This document shows, piece after piece, positions 30,647-40,928 of a stretch of DNA of 64,000 nucleotides; position 1 is the first letter of the stretch, and each line of letters begins with the position of its first letter. This DNA comes from a virus (Duplodnaviria; Caudoviricetes), in IMG/VR virus record IMGVR_UViG_3300020375_000001, positions 143,749 to 207,748 of that record; one strand, 5' to 3'. The notes below the pieces were generated by a model that was given only the letters and a program-made list of their open reading frames with translations, was not told the DNA's origin and made no database searches. The position numbers and the translations under genes are program-made.

Positions 30647-31456
30647 GTGGACCACTTAACAAAATTATATCAGCGTGCTTCGCTAGAGGCCCGCACCGAT
30701 GCTACCGACCAGACTGTATTTGGTGTACAGTTTGTTCGCTTTATCGAAGGAATCAAAGACTTTACTAACGGCATGGTTGGTAATGGCGTATTTGGTTTTA
30801 CCGGTCAGGTGGAACGTGTACGTAGTAAAGAGGATTATATGGCAGTGAGGAACACTACCGTATATCGTCCTCTGCACCTTGCTGCACGTACTACAATGCT
30901 ACAGCTAGCTGAGGTCATCGAAGAGAACTTCAAGCTACAGAAGGACATTGAGAGCCGCGTCTTCGCCCCTTGGCGTGCGGTGCTGGCTAACTTTTTAACT
31001 AACCCATCTGAACTGAAGAAGTTGTACGATGTGGATGAGTTAAAGAAAGGTAAGCTTATTGACTTTGTGGACATTGCCGATATTCATAAAGACGTAAAGA
31101 AGGTTTACTCGCCAAGTAATTCACAGGCCACCGACACCTTTGGTAACCTGTACCGCAATTACAAAGAGTGGGAAGAAACCTGTAAGATAGTTGCCAAGTT
31201 GAATGAAGAAGCCATTCGCTTGAACTTTGAAGGTATAGTACGTCAAGCTGAGGAACTGAATGAAATGGCTGGTCGTCTGGCTGACCATATCAGTGAAAGT
31301 CCTGAAGAATACGAGATTTCTAAATCCGCTCAACAGTTACTGGCTGAAGCCAGCTACATGGTAGGACGTGAATTAGAATACCTTGGTTCTACTGGTGCCA
31401 TGTTAGACTCAATTTCCGGTGCAATTGCTTCCACCGCCGACATACTTAAAAAGTAA
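30647..31456 (+). CDS. Probable internal head (ejection) protein
   Basis: N-terminal RASLEART matches the S/A-x-E head-protease cleavage motif; helical; lies between the RecA-like and RNase H genes as in phiKZ. Confidence 0.6.
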   Translation: MDHLTKLYQRASLEARTDATDQTVFGVQFVRFIEGIKDFTNGMVGNGVFGFTGQVERVRSKEDYMAVRNTTVYRPLHLAARTTMLQLAEVIEENFKLQKDIESRVFAPWRAVLANFLTNPSELKKLYDVDELKKGKLIDFVDIADIHKDVKKVYSPSNSQATDTFGNLYRNYKEWEETCKIVAKLNEEAIRLNFEGIVRQAEELNEMAGRLADHISESPEEYEISKSAQQLLAEASYMVGRELEYLGSTGAMLDSISGAIASTADILKK

Positions 31457-31459
31457 CGA

Positions 31460-31500
31460 CGGCATAAGTCAGGGCGGGTCACCCCGCCCTTACTTTTTTT
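31460..31500. terminator. Bidirectional terminator
   Basis: AGGGCGGG-tcac-CCCGCCCT; T-tract on plus, TATGCCG on minus. Confidence 0.8.
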
Positions 31501-31506
31501 GCTTGC

Positions 31507-31884
31507 CTAACTAAGTGCAAACTCAACAGCCCCTTGAACATCTTTCTGCATGTCGCTAATGCGACCGTAACGAAGCCAGGGTGGTATGTTATCCAAAATC
31601 TTCGTAACGATGGAATCGTGTCCACCATGCAAGTCGATATTGTCAAGTTCACTACCCTTCCATAAGTTACTCCCTACAGCTGCAGGGAAATCGAGCGCAT
31701 GTACGTTATGTGACAACCTGCACTTATCGTTCAAGTCTTTTAACTTGCACTCGCCACTCCGGTTTAGGGTGTGTAAGTAAGTAGCGGTTGATACGACAAC
31801 AATCATCCGTCGCATTTTAGGATTTAAACACAGTCCTAATAAGCCGCCTCCTACCGCTTTTCCAAGTTTACTTATTTTGCCCAT
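31507..31884 (-). CDS. Hypothetical protein (125 aa)
   Basis: GAGG SD, clean ORF. Confidence 0.7.
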   Translation of the reverse strand: MGKISKLGKAVGGGLLGLCLNPKMRRMIVVVSTATYLHTLNRSGECKLKDLNDKCRLSHNVHALDFPAAVGSNLWKGSELDNIDLHGGHDSIVTKILDNIPPWLRYGRISDMQKDVQGAVEFALS

Positions 31885-31898
31885 AGATTAATCCTCGA

Positions 31899-33383
31899 TT
31901 AAACTAGACACAAGTTAGAATAAGCCGAAGCATACAGACCTACATCGTCCTCAGTTTCGACCACCACTGCGTAGCGGATAGTTTGTTTGGATTCGGGCCA
32001 AGTAATAACCTTAATGGTTGGTGATTCCTTAGACATGGCATTTAACATGTTTTTGGTTGGTGCATCCATACCGATGGTTAATACAACGTCCTTAGTACCA
32101 GAACGCTTACCAGACTTCCAGTCGACTGCAACGGTTAAAAACTTTGCGTTATCTACGATGTCTTTACTTGGGACAAGTTTCACCTTGCCTTTAGAATCCG
32201 TATCCGACACATAGAATTTGTCTGTTACATCAGTAACAACCATTTGCGAGCCAGCTTTACTGGTATTGGTCTTAGGGTCAATGTACTCTTCAAGACGTTG
32301 ACGCAAGTGGTCTAGAACCTCTAAACCGATAAACGCTAGGCCAGTAGGTCGAGCAGGCTCAGTCAAGATTTGCTCCGTTACTGTACCCAGCGTTGGTGTA
32401 CGTAAACCAACCTGAAGGTAGTCACAACCGTTGTGGTATATCTCAGGATAAATCTTTGCCCCACGGATGGTATCAAACTTACCGTAGATAGGTACGATAT
32501 ATTCATCGCTAACCTCATCCTGCTTGGCACGCAGTGATTCCAGTACCTTGTCTTCTTCCTTTAAAAAGACGACAGAGTTAGAGGCATCGGATACACGTTT
32601 ACCATACAGTTCATTATCACTGTGGATACCAAACATATAAACGTTACGGCCATCGGTAGATGTCTGCTTACCTGTGTTAGTGGTGAAGTACCATTTAGAA
32701 TGCATGAGTAGACGGTTGTAAGGTGGAGTCTTTGGCTTCTTAGGCTTGACGACCTTTTCCTTACCTTTGCTGTCTTCCTGCACTTCCATGATTAGTTCAT
32801 GTACTGGCTCGTAGTTTCCAGCTCCGGCAAGTGCCCCACCTTTCTTAGCACACTCATCTGCTAAGTCATTTCCCACATTACCAGAATGACCTTTTACCCA
32901 AGTCCACTTAATGTTCAGGTCCCCAGCATTGGTCAGTGCATTATCTAACATCTCCCACTGGTTCTGATAAGGGACATCACCCCCATTAGCTTTCTTCCAA
33001 CCCCGAGCTTTCCACTTAGGCATCCAATCTTGAGCACCATTTAGTGCTAACTTAGAATCTGAACGTATTTCCAGATTAGTGATGGAGTTGTCAATTGCGA
33101 AGTTAATTGCGTTGGTGACGGCATAAATCTCACCTTCGTTATTATCGCATCGCCCTTTAAGTCCGCCCCAAGATTGCCATTCCATAATCTTTACTGGCTC
33201 TGCCGGTTTTCCGTCAGTCCCCTTAACTACTTCAGTGGTAACCTTCAACCCTTTGGTATCTTTAGGTTTGTCGTACGTTACTGTTTCGGTATAGGTGTAA
33301 CCATAGTTACCCCAGCCACTCATTGGACCTGGGTTAGGGCGAGCCGAGCCATCCGTATAAATCGTGGCATGTAATTTAGTCAT
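31899..33383 (-). CDS. rnhA: Ribonuclease HI with long C-terminal extension (phiKZ gp155-like)
   Basis: IYTDGSARPNPG, NNEGE, SDSK, WVKGHSGNVGNDLADE. Confidence 0.92.
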   Translation of the reverse strand: MTKLHATIYTDGSARPNPGPMSGWGNYGYTYTETVTYDKPKDTKGLKVTTEVVKGTDGKPAEPVKIMEWQSWGGLKGRCDNNEGEIYAVTNAINFAIDNSITNLEIRSDSKLALNGAQDWMPKWKARGWKKANGGDVPYQNQWEMLDNALTNAGDLNIKWTWVKGHSGNVGNDLADECAKKGGALAGAGNYEPVHELIMEVQEDSKGKEKVVKPKKPKTPPYNRLLMHSKWYFTTNTGKQTSTDGRNVYMFGIHSDNELYGKRVSDASNSVVFLKEEDKVLESLRAKQDEVSDEYIVPIYGKFDTIRGAKIYPEIYHNGCDYLQVGLRTPTLGTVTEQILTEPARPTGLAFIGLEVLDHLRQRLEEYIDPKTNTSKAGSQMVVTDVTDKFYVSDTDSKGKVKLVPSKDIVDNAKFLTVAVDWKSGKRSGTKDVVLTIGMDAPTKNMLNAMSKESPTIKVITWPESKQTIRYAVVVETEDDVGLYASAYSNLCLV

Positions 33384-33478
33384 TGTTATCTGGCTCCGTT
33401 ATTCAATACTACTACACAATAGTACCATTAAATATTTTTTCTTTAGGGTCATAGAGGCGGGAAGACCCCGCCCACTAT

Positions 33479-34078
33479 TTAAGGTTTAAGCACTTTATTT
33501 TCAAGCGACCGTACTTTCTCTCGAAGTAAGGCATTGCTTCGCTCAAGTTCTTGTGTCTTAGCGTAGTCTGATGTACGTTGAGTAACTGCAACTTCACGGC
33601 CTGCTTCAATGGCCGGTACGTCACCTGACGACTTCCGACCTAGCAATGGAATGCTGTGTAACTCAACTTCTGGTTCCCCGCCTGCAATATCGCTGGCGAG
33701 GTTACGCATTTGTTCAATCAGATAATCAGGACTCCAGTGACTACTGATGACACCGATATCCACTGAGATAATCAGACGCTGTGGTACGGCTTCCCCCAAG
33801 TTAGGGTAAGACGCAATATAGCTGTCTGGTATGTACAGTGTGGGTTGCCCCTCAGTCATCAAAGCGATGATGTTAATACCGGCTGCTTCATCGGTAAGGT
33901 ACTTGTCACGACCAATCCCGTTCGCCTCGTACACCTCTTTAAAGACGTCCATACCGCGTTGCTGACATTCTTTAAAGGTTCTAACCGCATGGCACGTATA
34001 GTCAACCCCGTCAACCAATGTGAAGGGGTCTCGTACCTGATAGCGACCTGTGGCGTAGATGGTAGGCGTTAACTGCAT
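33479..34078 (-). CDS. Probable virion structural protein (199 aa)
   Basis: Type of conserved phiKZ-like protein (PTLYIPDSYIASYP) recalled from memory. Confidence 0.55.
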   Translation of the reverse strand: MQLTPTIYATGRYQVRDPFTLVDGVDYTCHAVRTFKECQQRGMDVFKEVYEANGIGRDKYLTDEAAGINIIALMTEGQPTLYIPDSYIASYPNLGEAVPQRLIISVDIGVISSHWSPDYLIEQMRNLASDIAGGEPEVELHSIPLLGRKSSGDVPAIEAGREVAVTQRTSDYAKTQELERSNALLREKVRSLENKVLKP

Positions 34079-34088
34079 CGTCTACTCC

Positions 34089-35405
34089 TTACTGTGCTGG
34101 CTGAGAAAGCGCTTCGCACGAACGTTTAGTAAGTGCGTGGTACAAGTAGCCATCGTAACTAACCGTAATGAATTCTTTACCGGCCCTTTCAGTACGGCTG
34201 TAGTCTTCCGGCAGTACAGTGTAATCGTTGTACGTTTCAGCGTGCTTTAACAGGTTAAAGATAATAGACACCACATCACGGGTACTGACGTTCATACGGT
34301 GGAAATCCGTATCCGTTGTCTTAGCCAAAATGTAGTCTGGATACATCTCAGTAAATGTTGGACTTGGGTCATCGTTAGCGGGTTCATGTGGAACCGCCGA
34401 CATCACAATACCGCGCCACAGAGTTGGCACCAACACTACCTTGTCCTGGATATGTCCAGGAGAGAAATTAGGAGTATAGTCTAAGGCCATCTGTACGATA
34501 GCATTCGGTCTAACACTCGATTGATATATATCGTCTTCCAGAGGGTCGTATGATTCCAGTGGTGAGTTCCAGTATGGAATAAAGACCATCTCGTTAGGGC
34601 TAAAAAGTTCAGGGAGTACCTTAGCCCATGCAGACCGGTCATAGTTACTAACCGCAAGAATGTCTTTAACGATTGCTTCACGAATAACATCGATGTTATC
34701 GCCCGCACGACCGTAAATTACAATTGCAAAGCTGATAGGTAATGTGATAGTGGTGTCCGATTGGTCATGCCACGTATAATCCTGACCTTTATTAATTGTA
34801 GCCGGTGCATCGCGCTCTATCTGCATTATCTTGGATAACATCTTAGTAGACGTTGACCCACGCAGTAGCTCACTGACATCGCTGTAGTTACGATGCAGGT
34901 CATCAATGTTATCAATTGGGAAAACCGTTTTGATTTGGTATTCATCATATTGAACACGAAACTCTGCATCGGAGAACCACAGTCTCCAGACACGTCCCGC
35001 TGTAGCATAGCGCACTGACGAAGCAAAGTACCCGCCACGGTATTCCACTAGATTCCCAATGGAAAATTCTCCCGTCATCCCAATAAAGTGACCTGTAATA
35101 GAATCAATGTATGAGGGGAGGTCCGACGGTGCCAGTTTTAAATCGCCGCGATTAATAACCCACTCCGCAACCATTTGCATCTCCGCAAGGTCATCTTCTG
35201 AGGGGGGTAGGTATACTTCTGGGGCAGCAACATCGTAGCCAGAAAACATATTCAGTAAAATCTCAGGCGACTCTGCATTAGGGTAGACTTTATTGTCTTG
35301 GCTAAAAGAGCGACTGATTTTGCTAAGCTCCCCTACGGGTGCCGTCGCATCGTTTTCATTGTTGGCGTACGTTGTTACTGAAACGAAAGCCTTATATTCT
35401 ATCAT
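34089..35405 (-). CDS. Probable virion structural protein (438 aa)
   Basis: APVGELS, RLWFSDAEFRVQYDEY, YGRAG, PELF motifs recalled for a phiKZ-like structural family. Confidence 0.6.
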   Translation of the reverse strand: MIEYKAFVSVTTYANNENDATAPVGELSKISRSFSQDNKVYPNAESPEILLNMFSGYDVAAPEVYLPPSEDDLAEMQMVAEWVINRGDLKLAPSDLPSYIDSITGHFIGMTGEFSIGNLVEYRGGYFASSVRYATAGRVWRLWFSDAEFRVQYDEYQIKTVFPIDNIDDLHRNYSDVSELLRGSTSTKMLSKIMQIERDAPATINKGQDYTWHDQSDTTITLPISFAIVIYGRAGDNIDVIREAIVKDILAVSNYDRSAWAKVLPELFSPNEMVFIPYWNSPLESYDPLEDDIYQSSVRPNAIVQMALDYTPNFSPGHIQDKVVLVPTLWRGIVMSAVPHEPANDDPSPTFTEMYPDYILAKTTDTDFHRMNVSTRDVVSIIFNLLKHAETYNDYTVLPEDYSRTERAGKEFITVSYDGYLYHALTKRSCEALSQPAQ

Positions 35406-35447
35406 GGACTTAGCTCCAAGCTGGTTAAAATTAAGGGAGGTTTAGCT

Positions 35448-35981
35448 TTGTTTTCCATACTCGAAAAGCTGCTAGTATTCATACTAGAAGGCGCAAAACC
35501 CATGCCTCCTGGGGAGGAAGAGGTTAGCACCCACCAGCAGTCTGCTAAAAAAAGAACCATGGTGGTTTCTATCGTGGGGATTGTCATCTTTGGCATTGGT
35601 TATACTTGGTACGAAGGTTACGTCAAAGGTGACGCAAAAATTGCCAAGATAAAAGAGTCCCAAAGTAAACAAGTAATCTTTGAACTGAGGCAAGCCAATC
35701 AGCGCATCAAAGAAGAACGTATTATTCTAAGTGCTGAAGCTAAAAAGCTCACGGATAAAAACACGGAACTTCTACGAGAACGCGATAAACTACGCCTTGA
35801 ACTTTCAACCGCACTAGCCAATAACCTAGAATCAGAAGAATCCAATCGACGGTTAATAGAGACACAACGTACTCTTGAACATGAGATTGAGAAACTGCGC
35901 CTTCAAATCGATAGCTATGTTAAGGACAATCGCCTTATCTGGGATGAGATTGTGACGCTAGGTAAAGAGGAGGGTACGTAG
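35448..35981 (+). CDS. Putative inner-membrane spanin (Rz-like)
   Basis: Single N-terminal TM (VVSIVGIVIFGIGY) followed by a long coiled coil. Confidence 0.6.
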   Translation: MFSILEKLLVFILEGAKPMPPGEEEVSTHQQSAKKRTMVVSIVGIVIFGIGYTWYEGYVKGDAKIAKIKESQSKQVIFELRQANQRIKEERIILSAEAKKLTDKNTELLRERDKLRLELSTALANNLESEESNRRLIETQRTLEHEIEKLRLQIDSYVKDNRLIWDEIVTLGKEEGT

Positions 35982-36538
35982 TGCAACAAATTATAATAAT
36001 TATAATGCTTACTTTGTTAACCGCATGTGTAAGTATGCCTGATGAAGCAACAGGTACCATTAATACTAAGGACGGGGAACTGGGTCAGGAATCTTACATT
36101 CCTTATCATTACGTTCACACTAATCCACCAAACCCTTTGCTTCCACCCCCAACCTTTATTCATTCTAAGAATGGTGAGTATACTTACTACGATGCGAATG
36201 AGTTAGAGGCATACGCCGATGCGTTGGTCGCTTACCATAGATACTTGGAGCGTTACATCGGTTCTATGGAAGGGAGTGATGGTAAACCTATTGTTACCAT
36301 CGGTGCAGGTAAGTGTCTAGTAGAGTTAGGTAAGATTACTTTACTCAAGCCACCACCTAAACGACCAGTACCACCTTCTTTTAGCAGCGTGGAAAAATCG
36401 AAAGGTAGCAGTCTAATGGTTAAGCATCTTAATGAAATTGACCGTTGGATTGAAGATTTAGAAGGTCACCACACCGATACCGTTAGCGAATTCAACCTTC
36501 GCTTAAAACGCATAAGGGCAGTGTGTGGGCTAGACTAA
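35981..36538 (+). CDS. Lipoprotein, putative outer-membrane spanin (Rz1-like)
   Basis: GTG start overlapping the upstream stop; lipobox LTAC; Pro-rich segments. Confidence 0.6.
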   Translation: MQQIIIIIMLTLLTACVSMPDEATGTINTKDGELGQESYIPYHYVHTNPPNPLLPPPTFIHSKNGEYTYYDANELEAYADALVAYHRYLERYIGSMEGSDGKPIVTIGAGKCLVELGKITLLKPPPKRPVPPSFSSVEKSKGSSLMVKHLNEIDRWIEDLEGHHTDTVSEFNLRLKRIRAVCGLD

Positions 36539-36539
36539 G

Positions 36540-36580
36540 CGGCATATCGAGGAGGCTTCGGCCTCCTCTACTTTATGCCG
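36540..36580. terminator. Convergent terminator with TATGCCG on both strands
   Basis: cggcata-N2-GAGGAGGC-ttcg-GCCTCCTC-N5-tatgccg. Confidence 0.75.
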
Positions 36581-36581
36581 T

Positions 36582-36914
36582 TTAACCGACGTGTTCGTCA
36601 ACGAACTCGTTTAACTGGGCTTGTGTTACAGCGCCAATTTTACTACCTACCAATTCACCGCCTTTAAACAGTAACATGGCAGGGATACCACGAACGCCGT
36701 ACTGAGGATGAATTTCTTTGTGTTCATCTACGTTAAGCTTACACACTTTAACGTCGTCTCTGTTCTCGGCCATGATGGCAAGGTACGGGGCTACGGCTTT
36801 ACAAGGACCACACCAAGGTGCCCAAAAGTCAACCAGTACTAATTTATCAGACCCTTTAACTTCTTCGTCAAAGTTTGCCTGTGTCCCTGTTAACGTGACA
36901 ATTTTATCACTCAC
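36582..36914 (-). CDS. trxA: Thioredoxin
   Basis: VLVDFWAPWCGPCK, KLNVDE, YGVRGIP. Confidence 0.97.
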   Translation of the reverse strand: MSDKIVTLTGTQANFDEEVKGSDKLVLVDFWAPWCGPCKAVAPYLAIMAENRDDVKVCKLNVDEHKEIHPQYGVRGIPAMLLFKGGELVGSKIGAVTQAQLNEFVDEHVG

Positions 36915-36937
36915 TTATTTTTCTCCGGTTATCGTAG

Positions 36938-37228
36938 TTATCTTACTACGCCCTGCTTTATTTCTACACTACTACGGTAGGCAAGGTTATTGATAAAAGG
37001 AATAGCCGCTTCATACGACTCCCAAGTACTACCGATTGCATACGACTGTACCTTCTTATCGGGGTACATCGAGACATGGAGCTTACAGCGAGAACAACAG
37101 CGAGAAGACCCGCTTACATACTTCATGTTCTCCCATCCACCCCAACGGTGTCCCTTGTCGTGACACTCGGCAATCAAACGCTTATGCTCCCCGTCCATAA
37201 ACTGGAGGGGAGTTTTAGTTTCGTCCAT
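36938..37228 (-). CDS. Hypothetical protein (96 aa), possible zinc binder
   Basis: C-x3-GH-x-W...CSRC pattern. Confidence 0.65.
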   Translation of the reverse strand: MDETKTPLQFMDGEHKRLIAECHDKGHRWGGWENMKYVSGSSRCCSRCKLHVSMYPDKKVQSYAIGSTWESYEAAIPFINNLAYRSSVEIKQGVVR

Positions 37229-39717
37229 TACCCAAACTCCACGTGCTCGTTATACTTGCTAGGTACTGTAATGTTTGATTTGTCTACCACACACGTTTCA
37301 CACGCACCTAGAGAGTTCTGAACTGCATACGCATGTGAGATAGTCCAAAGCTGACTACAGTGGCTACTATCGATTAAGAGTTTTAAGAACCGTTGTAGGT
37401 TCTCTCTATGCTCTTCATCAAAAGAAGACCCTAACTCGTCAGTGTAGAGTGGATAATCTTCCATTCCCAAATAAGACATGGCAACCAAGATGAATGCAAA
37501 GTCGATGATATCGGCCTGTCCGGTGGAACACATTGCTATATCAGCTTGTGGGTCACCACCGTCAACGCGCAGTGGAAATTTATAATCCAAATTCTCGCCG
37601 TTACCCTTACAGGGCAATACCTCAAGGTCATGTGACCATACTTTGTCAATAATCTTGTTTAGCGAATCTGAAAACTGATGGATAAAGCCAAGTAGCTGCT
37701 CAGCAATTAGACCAGAGGTGGGAGACAGGGCACTGCTGAGTAATTTCCATAATTCCAAATCCTCTTCGAGTATTGCAGACTGTGCTTCCAAGTCACGTAA
37801 AATACCGCGCTGGGTTTCTTGTTCTTGGATAGTCTTTGTTACCGTCGCCAACTTCTGCTGGTGCAAGGCAATGTCTTCTTGCAGACGAAGCTCCCTCATC
37901 GCTTCTAAGCGTTCATTGAACAATTCTTCATAGTCGGCTATCATTTTACTAATAGCTTGCTCAGCACGCGTTACAAAGTCCGCACGCTTATGATTCGACT
38001 GTAGGTATGTTCTGGTCTTTTCTAATTCTTCCAATGCTTCCATAGCAGCATTGAGTTTATTGGTAAGACTTGATTCACGCTTGGCTATCGACTCAAGACG
38101 ACTGTTTACCCCACTGGACTCACCTGCCTTAATAAGCTTTTTCTCTGCATCAAAAATTTGAGTTTCTAACTCAGAGATTCTACGCATGTTAAGCAGGTCT
38201 TGCTCAGCATCCCCTAAGTAGTGCAGTACGTTCATTGGGTCGTTGTATAATACTTCGTCTCCAATTACTTCTTTCCACACACCACGAAACATCATGAAAC
38301 CATTAATGATATTGCGGAAATCCCGCATATTGATTTCACACTGTTCGTAGTTCTTAGTTTCTTCCTCAAGTGTAGCAATGAGCTTTTCCGATTCCTCGAG
38401 GTACTTAACACCCTTCGCAATCTTTTCCTTGAGCTCTTCAGCTTCTTTCTCACTGACACCGGGAATGAAGATGTACTTACACTTAGGACATTCCTCTTTC
38501 TTCGCCTCTTCGATATCCGAGACACGGTGACGCATTCTATCCAACGCACTCTCAGCACGAACATGTTGATGCTTCTGTTCAGTGAGCTCTAACACACGTT
38601 GGTCATAGGTAGCTCTGTCCATCTGTCCCTTAAAGTCAATAGATGTTTTACCATCCAAAAACTTCATGAGTGTATCGCGGACTTCATCCAGTAGAGCGAT
38701 GTATTCATTATCGAAGTTCATCCAAGAGAAGCGCTCAGACTTACTTTTAAGCTTCTCCAGTTCCAGCTCAGACTCTTCTTTAATCCTTGCCCACTTTACC
38801 GCATCAATGGATTCGTACTGACGTAGGTCTTCCAGCTCCTTTTGTAAGTCATCTAACTCACCCATGATGATATCACGGTTAGTCATCAACCCACTACGGC
38901 TGCCGTTTAGCTCAGAAAGCTTGTCTTGGTAATCTGCCAAAGAGAAGATGTTGTGTTCTTCAATTGCCAGTGGTTTAAAAGCCATGTACTCGTCAAGATG
39001 TTTATCAACCAAGTTGTGCATTCTTGATGCGTGGTCTTGAAACTGCCTGTCTACCTCAGAGAAGTTACGAACCGAAGAATTGGTATAGCCCATCAGTTGC
39101 GTTAGTGTAGAGGACAATCTATCCTGAATACCTTTCCACTGATTCCAGTCCTCTTCCTTCCAAACGTTAGCGGTCTCATTAACCAAGCGTTTATCCAGAA
39201 CTTTCTTAGCCCCCATGACATCACGTCCCGCTGAGGCCACGCGTTTAAACAACCCAATCGCGTACGTCAGGTCAAGTCCAGATATACGAGTCAACATCTC
39301 ACGACGCTGGGTAGGGTTCATGCGAGTAAACCGTAGTTTACCTAAGAACAAATCAACAATCTCTTGGTCTAGACCAAAGTGAATCTTAATCAGTTCTTTT
39401 TGCACTGCTCCAGTCTCACCCTCGTTGATGTTCTGACCATCAACAATGAATTCAAAGGTAGAATTCTTCTTGTGGAAATATTGGCGCGTCTCGTAAATGG
39501 AGCTATTGTGTTCTAACTTAACAATTTTCTTCCCACCCACTTTAAAGTCTTTACGGTCCGCTACCCAACAGTTAATCTGCTCTTGTAGGCTAGACTTACC
39601 GGAACCATTTGTCCCGATGATTAACTGAATCAACTCGGACGCAGTAATCTTGATGCTGTTTACTTTATTCAGCTTTAGGCGGTTATACCCTTCGAGGTAT
39701 ACTTCTAATATCTTCAT
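37228..39717 (-). CDS. sbcC: SbcC/Rad50-like SMC ATPase (phiKZ gp165-like)
   Basis: Walker A GTNGSGKSS, coiled coils, CPKC hook, CSTGQ signature, YTDELGSSFD. Confidence 0.9.
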   Translation of the reverse strand: MKILEVYLEGYNRLKLNKVNSIKITASELIQLIIGTNGSGKSSLQEQINCWVADRKDFKVGGKKIVKLEHNSSIYETRQYFHKKNSTFEFIVDGQNINEGETGAVQKELIKIHFGLDQEIVDLFLGKLRFTRMNPTQRREMLTRISGLDLTYAIGLFKRVASAGRDVMGAKKVLDKRLVNETANVWKEEDWNQWKGIQDRLSSTLTQLMGYTNSSVRNFSEVDRQFQDHASRMHNLVDKHLDEYMAFKPLAIEEHNIFSLADYQDKLSELNGSRSGLMTNRDIIMGELDDLQKELEDLRQYESIDAVKWARIKEESELELEKLKSKSERFSWMNFDNEYIALLDEVRDTLMKFLDGKTSIDFKGQMDRATYDQRVLELTEQKHQHVRAESALDRMRHRVSDIEEAKKEECPKCKYIFIPGVSEKEAEELKEKIAKGVKYLEESEKLIATLEEETKNYEQCEINMRDFRNIINGFMMFRGVWKEVIGDEVLYNDPMNVLHYLGDAEQDLLNMRRISELETQIFDAEKKLIKAGESSGVNSRLESIAKRESSLTNKLNAAMEALEELEKTRTYLQSNHKRADFVTRAEQAISKMIADYEELFNERLEAMRELRLQEDIALHQQKLATVTKTIQEQETQRGILRDLEAQSAILEEDLELWKLLSSALSPTSGLIAEQLLGFIHQFSDSLNKIIDKVWSHDLEVLPCKGNGENLDYKFPLRVDGGDPQADIAMCSTGQADIIDFAFILVAMSYLGMEDYPLYTDELGSSFDEEHRENLQRFLKLLIDSSHCSQLWTISHAYAVQNSLGACETCVVDKSNITVPSKYNEHVEFG

Positions 39718-39772
39718 TTTTATAAAACCCTCAAGGCGTTCTATAGTAGAAGACCTTGGAGTAATTTTTTAA

Positions 39773-39800
39773 CGGCATAAGTGGACGGTTTCCCGCCCAC
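39773..39800 (-). terminator. Hairpin GTGGGCGG-GAAA-CCGTCCAC followed by TTATGCCG
   Basis: Stem is complete only on the minus strand (G.U pair); no U-tract. Confidence 0.6.
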
Positions 39801-39807
39801 CTAGAAC

Positions 39808-40119
39808 TTACGCTAACGCTAAAGCCATGTCTGACTCTACGTCGCCAATAATATCACTGTGGGTCATGTGACCTACCAGTCTCTGCAATCTCGCTTTAAC
39901 GGAACTTTCAGCGGTATCCACCTGTTGAGAAACCAGTACTTGTAAAGTACCCGATTTATCTACGGCGTCTACCCTTGCGAATGTTTCCTCGCTAATCCAA
40001 GACACCGGAACGATATTAACTTCGGGTTGAGAGTTAGCTTTTCTCACCTTGGGTATCTCCAATAGTCTCTTGCGCCTTCTGCCTAGCCTCAGCCATTTTC
40101 TGTTTATAGAACTTGACAA
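39808..40119 (-). CDS. Hypothetical protein (up to 103 aa; start uncertain)
   Basis: Overlaps the upstream ORF by 86 nt. Confidence 0.5.
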   Translation of the reverse strand: MSSSINRKWLRLGRRRKRLLEIPKVRKANSQPEVNIVPVSWISEETFARVDAVDKSGTLQVLVSQQVDTAESSVKARLQRLVGHMTHSDIIGDVESDMALALA

Positions 40120-40843
40120 GGTTTAAACCTTCTGGCGATTCATGTCTAATCATGAAGAGTTTGAAAACCAACTCTTCTTCGGTGCGACGCCTGTACTCCA
40201 ATGCCTCATCTGACATTTCCTTACGCTCCGCATCAGATTCGCGGAACACCAAGAATTCATCAGTGAACCAGTGAGGTTTCATATTCATACTTTTCCAATT
40301 CACCAAGTCTTGATTGATAAGGTGTTGGGAAGTAAACACTTGTTCAGGCTTGATGTCTACTGCAGCAAAGCGCTCACGCTTATTAACCATGATACGGGAA
40401 AGTACCATGAGTCGCATTAATCCAGCGACGGGCTTTTCAATACTGAGCTCATTAAGCTTTCTCTGCTCAGCTTTCCAAATCTCTTCGCGGCCTTTGAGAG
40501 GCATTTCTGCTAAAGCTTCAACGCGTAAGAAGAATGCAGTCACCTCATCTGGGGTTGGTGGTGCAGTGATATCTGGCTCGATACCGTTCATCAACTCTTT
40601 AGCAAAAACCCAACCGTTCATTTTTTCAGAGGCTGGCTGGTTTGCAGATTGTACGCCGATGATTTCCAACATACGTAAACCTGCTTTGTAAGCTTGCTCG
40701 CGATTCTCTCCATCTGGCAGTAAAAGAGTATCCATGATAAGCTTGAAGAACCTTAGTCGTTGGACTAAAGTTTTGTCAACGTGGTGCGAACACGACTCAC
40801 CATGAGCATGGTCGTGAGCATGATTGTGGTCATGTGTAGACAT
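40034..40843 (-). CDS. Hypothetical protein with His-rich N-terminus
   Basis: MSTHDHNHAHDHAHGESCSHH followed by a helical domain. Confidence 0.8.
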   Translation of the reverse strand: MSTHDHNHAHDHAHGESCSHHVDKTLVQRLRFFKLIMDTLLLPDGENREQAYKAGLRMLEIIGVQSANQPASEKMNGWVFAKELMNGIEPDITAPPTPDEVTAFFLRVEALAEMPLKGREEIWKAEQRKLNELSIEKPVAGLMRLMVLSRIMVNKRERFAAVDIKPEQVFTSQHLINQDLVNWKSMNMKPHWFTDEFLVFRESDAERKEMSDEALEYRRRTEEELVFKLFMIRHESPEGLNLVKFYKQKMAEARQKAQETIGDTQGEKS

Positions 40844-40928
40844 TATTAAATCCTAAATAATTCAGAACGGGTTAGTTTCGTCTATAGTATTATCTAGGCG
40901 TGTATTTTTTATAGGCCTATAGCCACCA

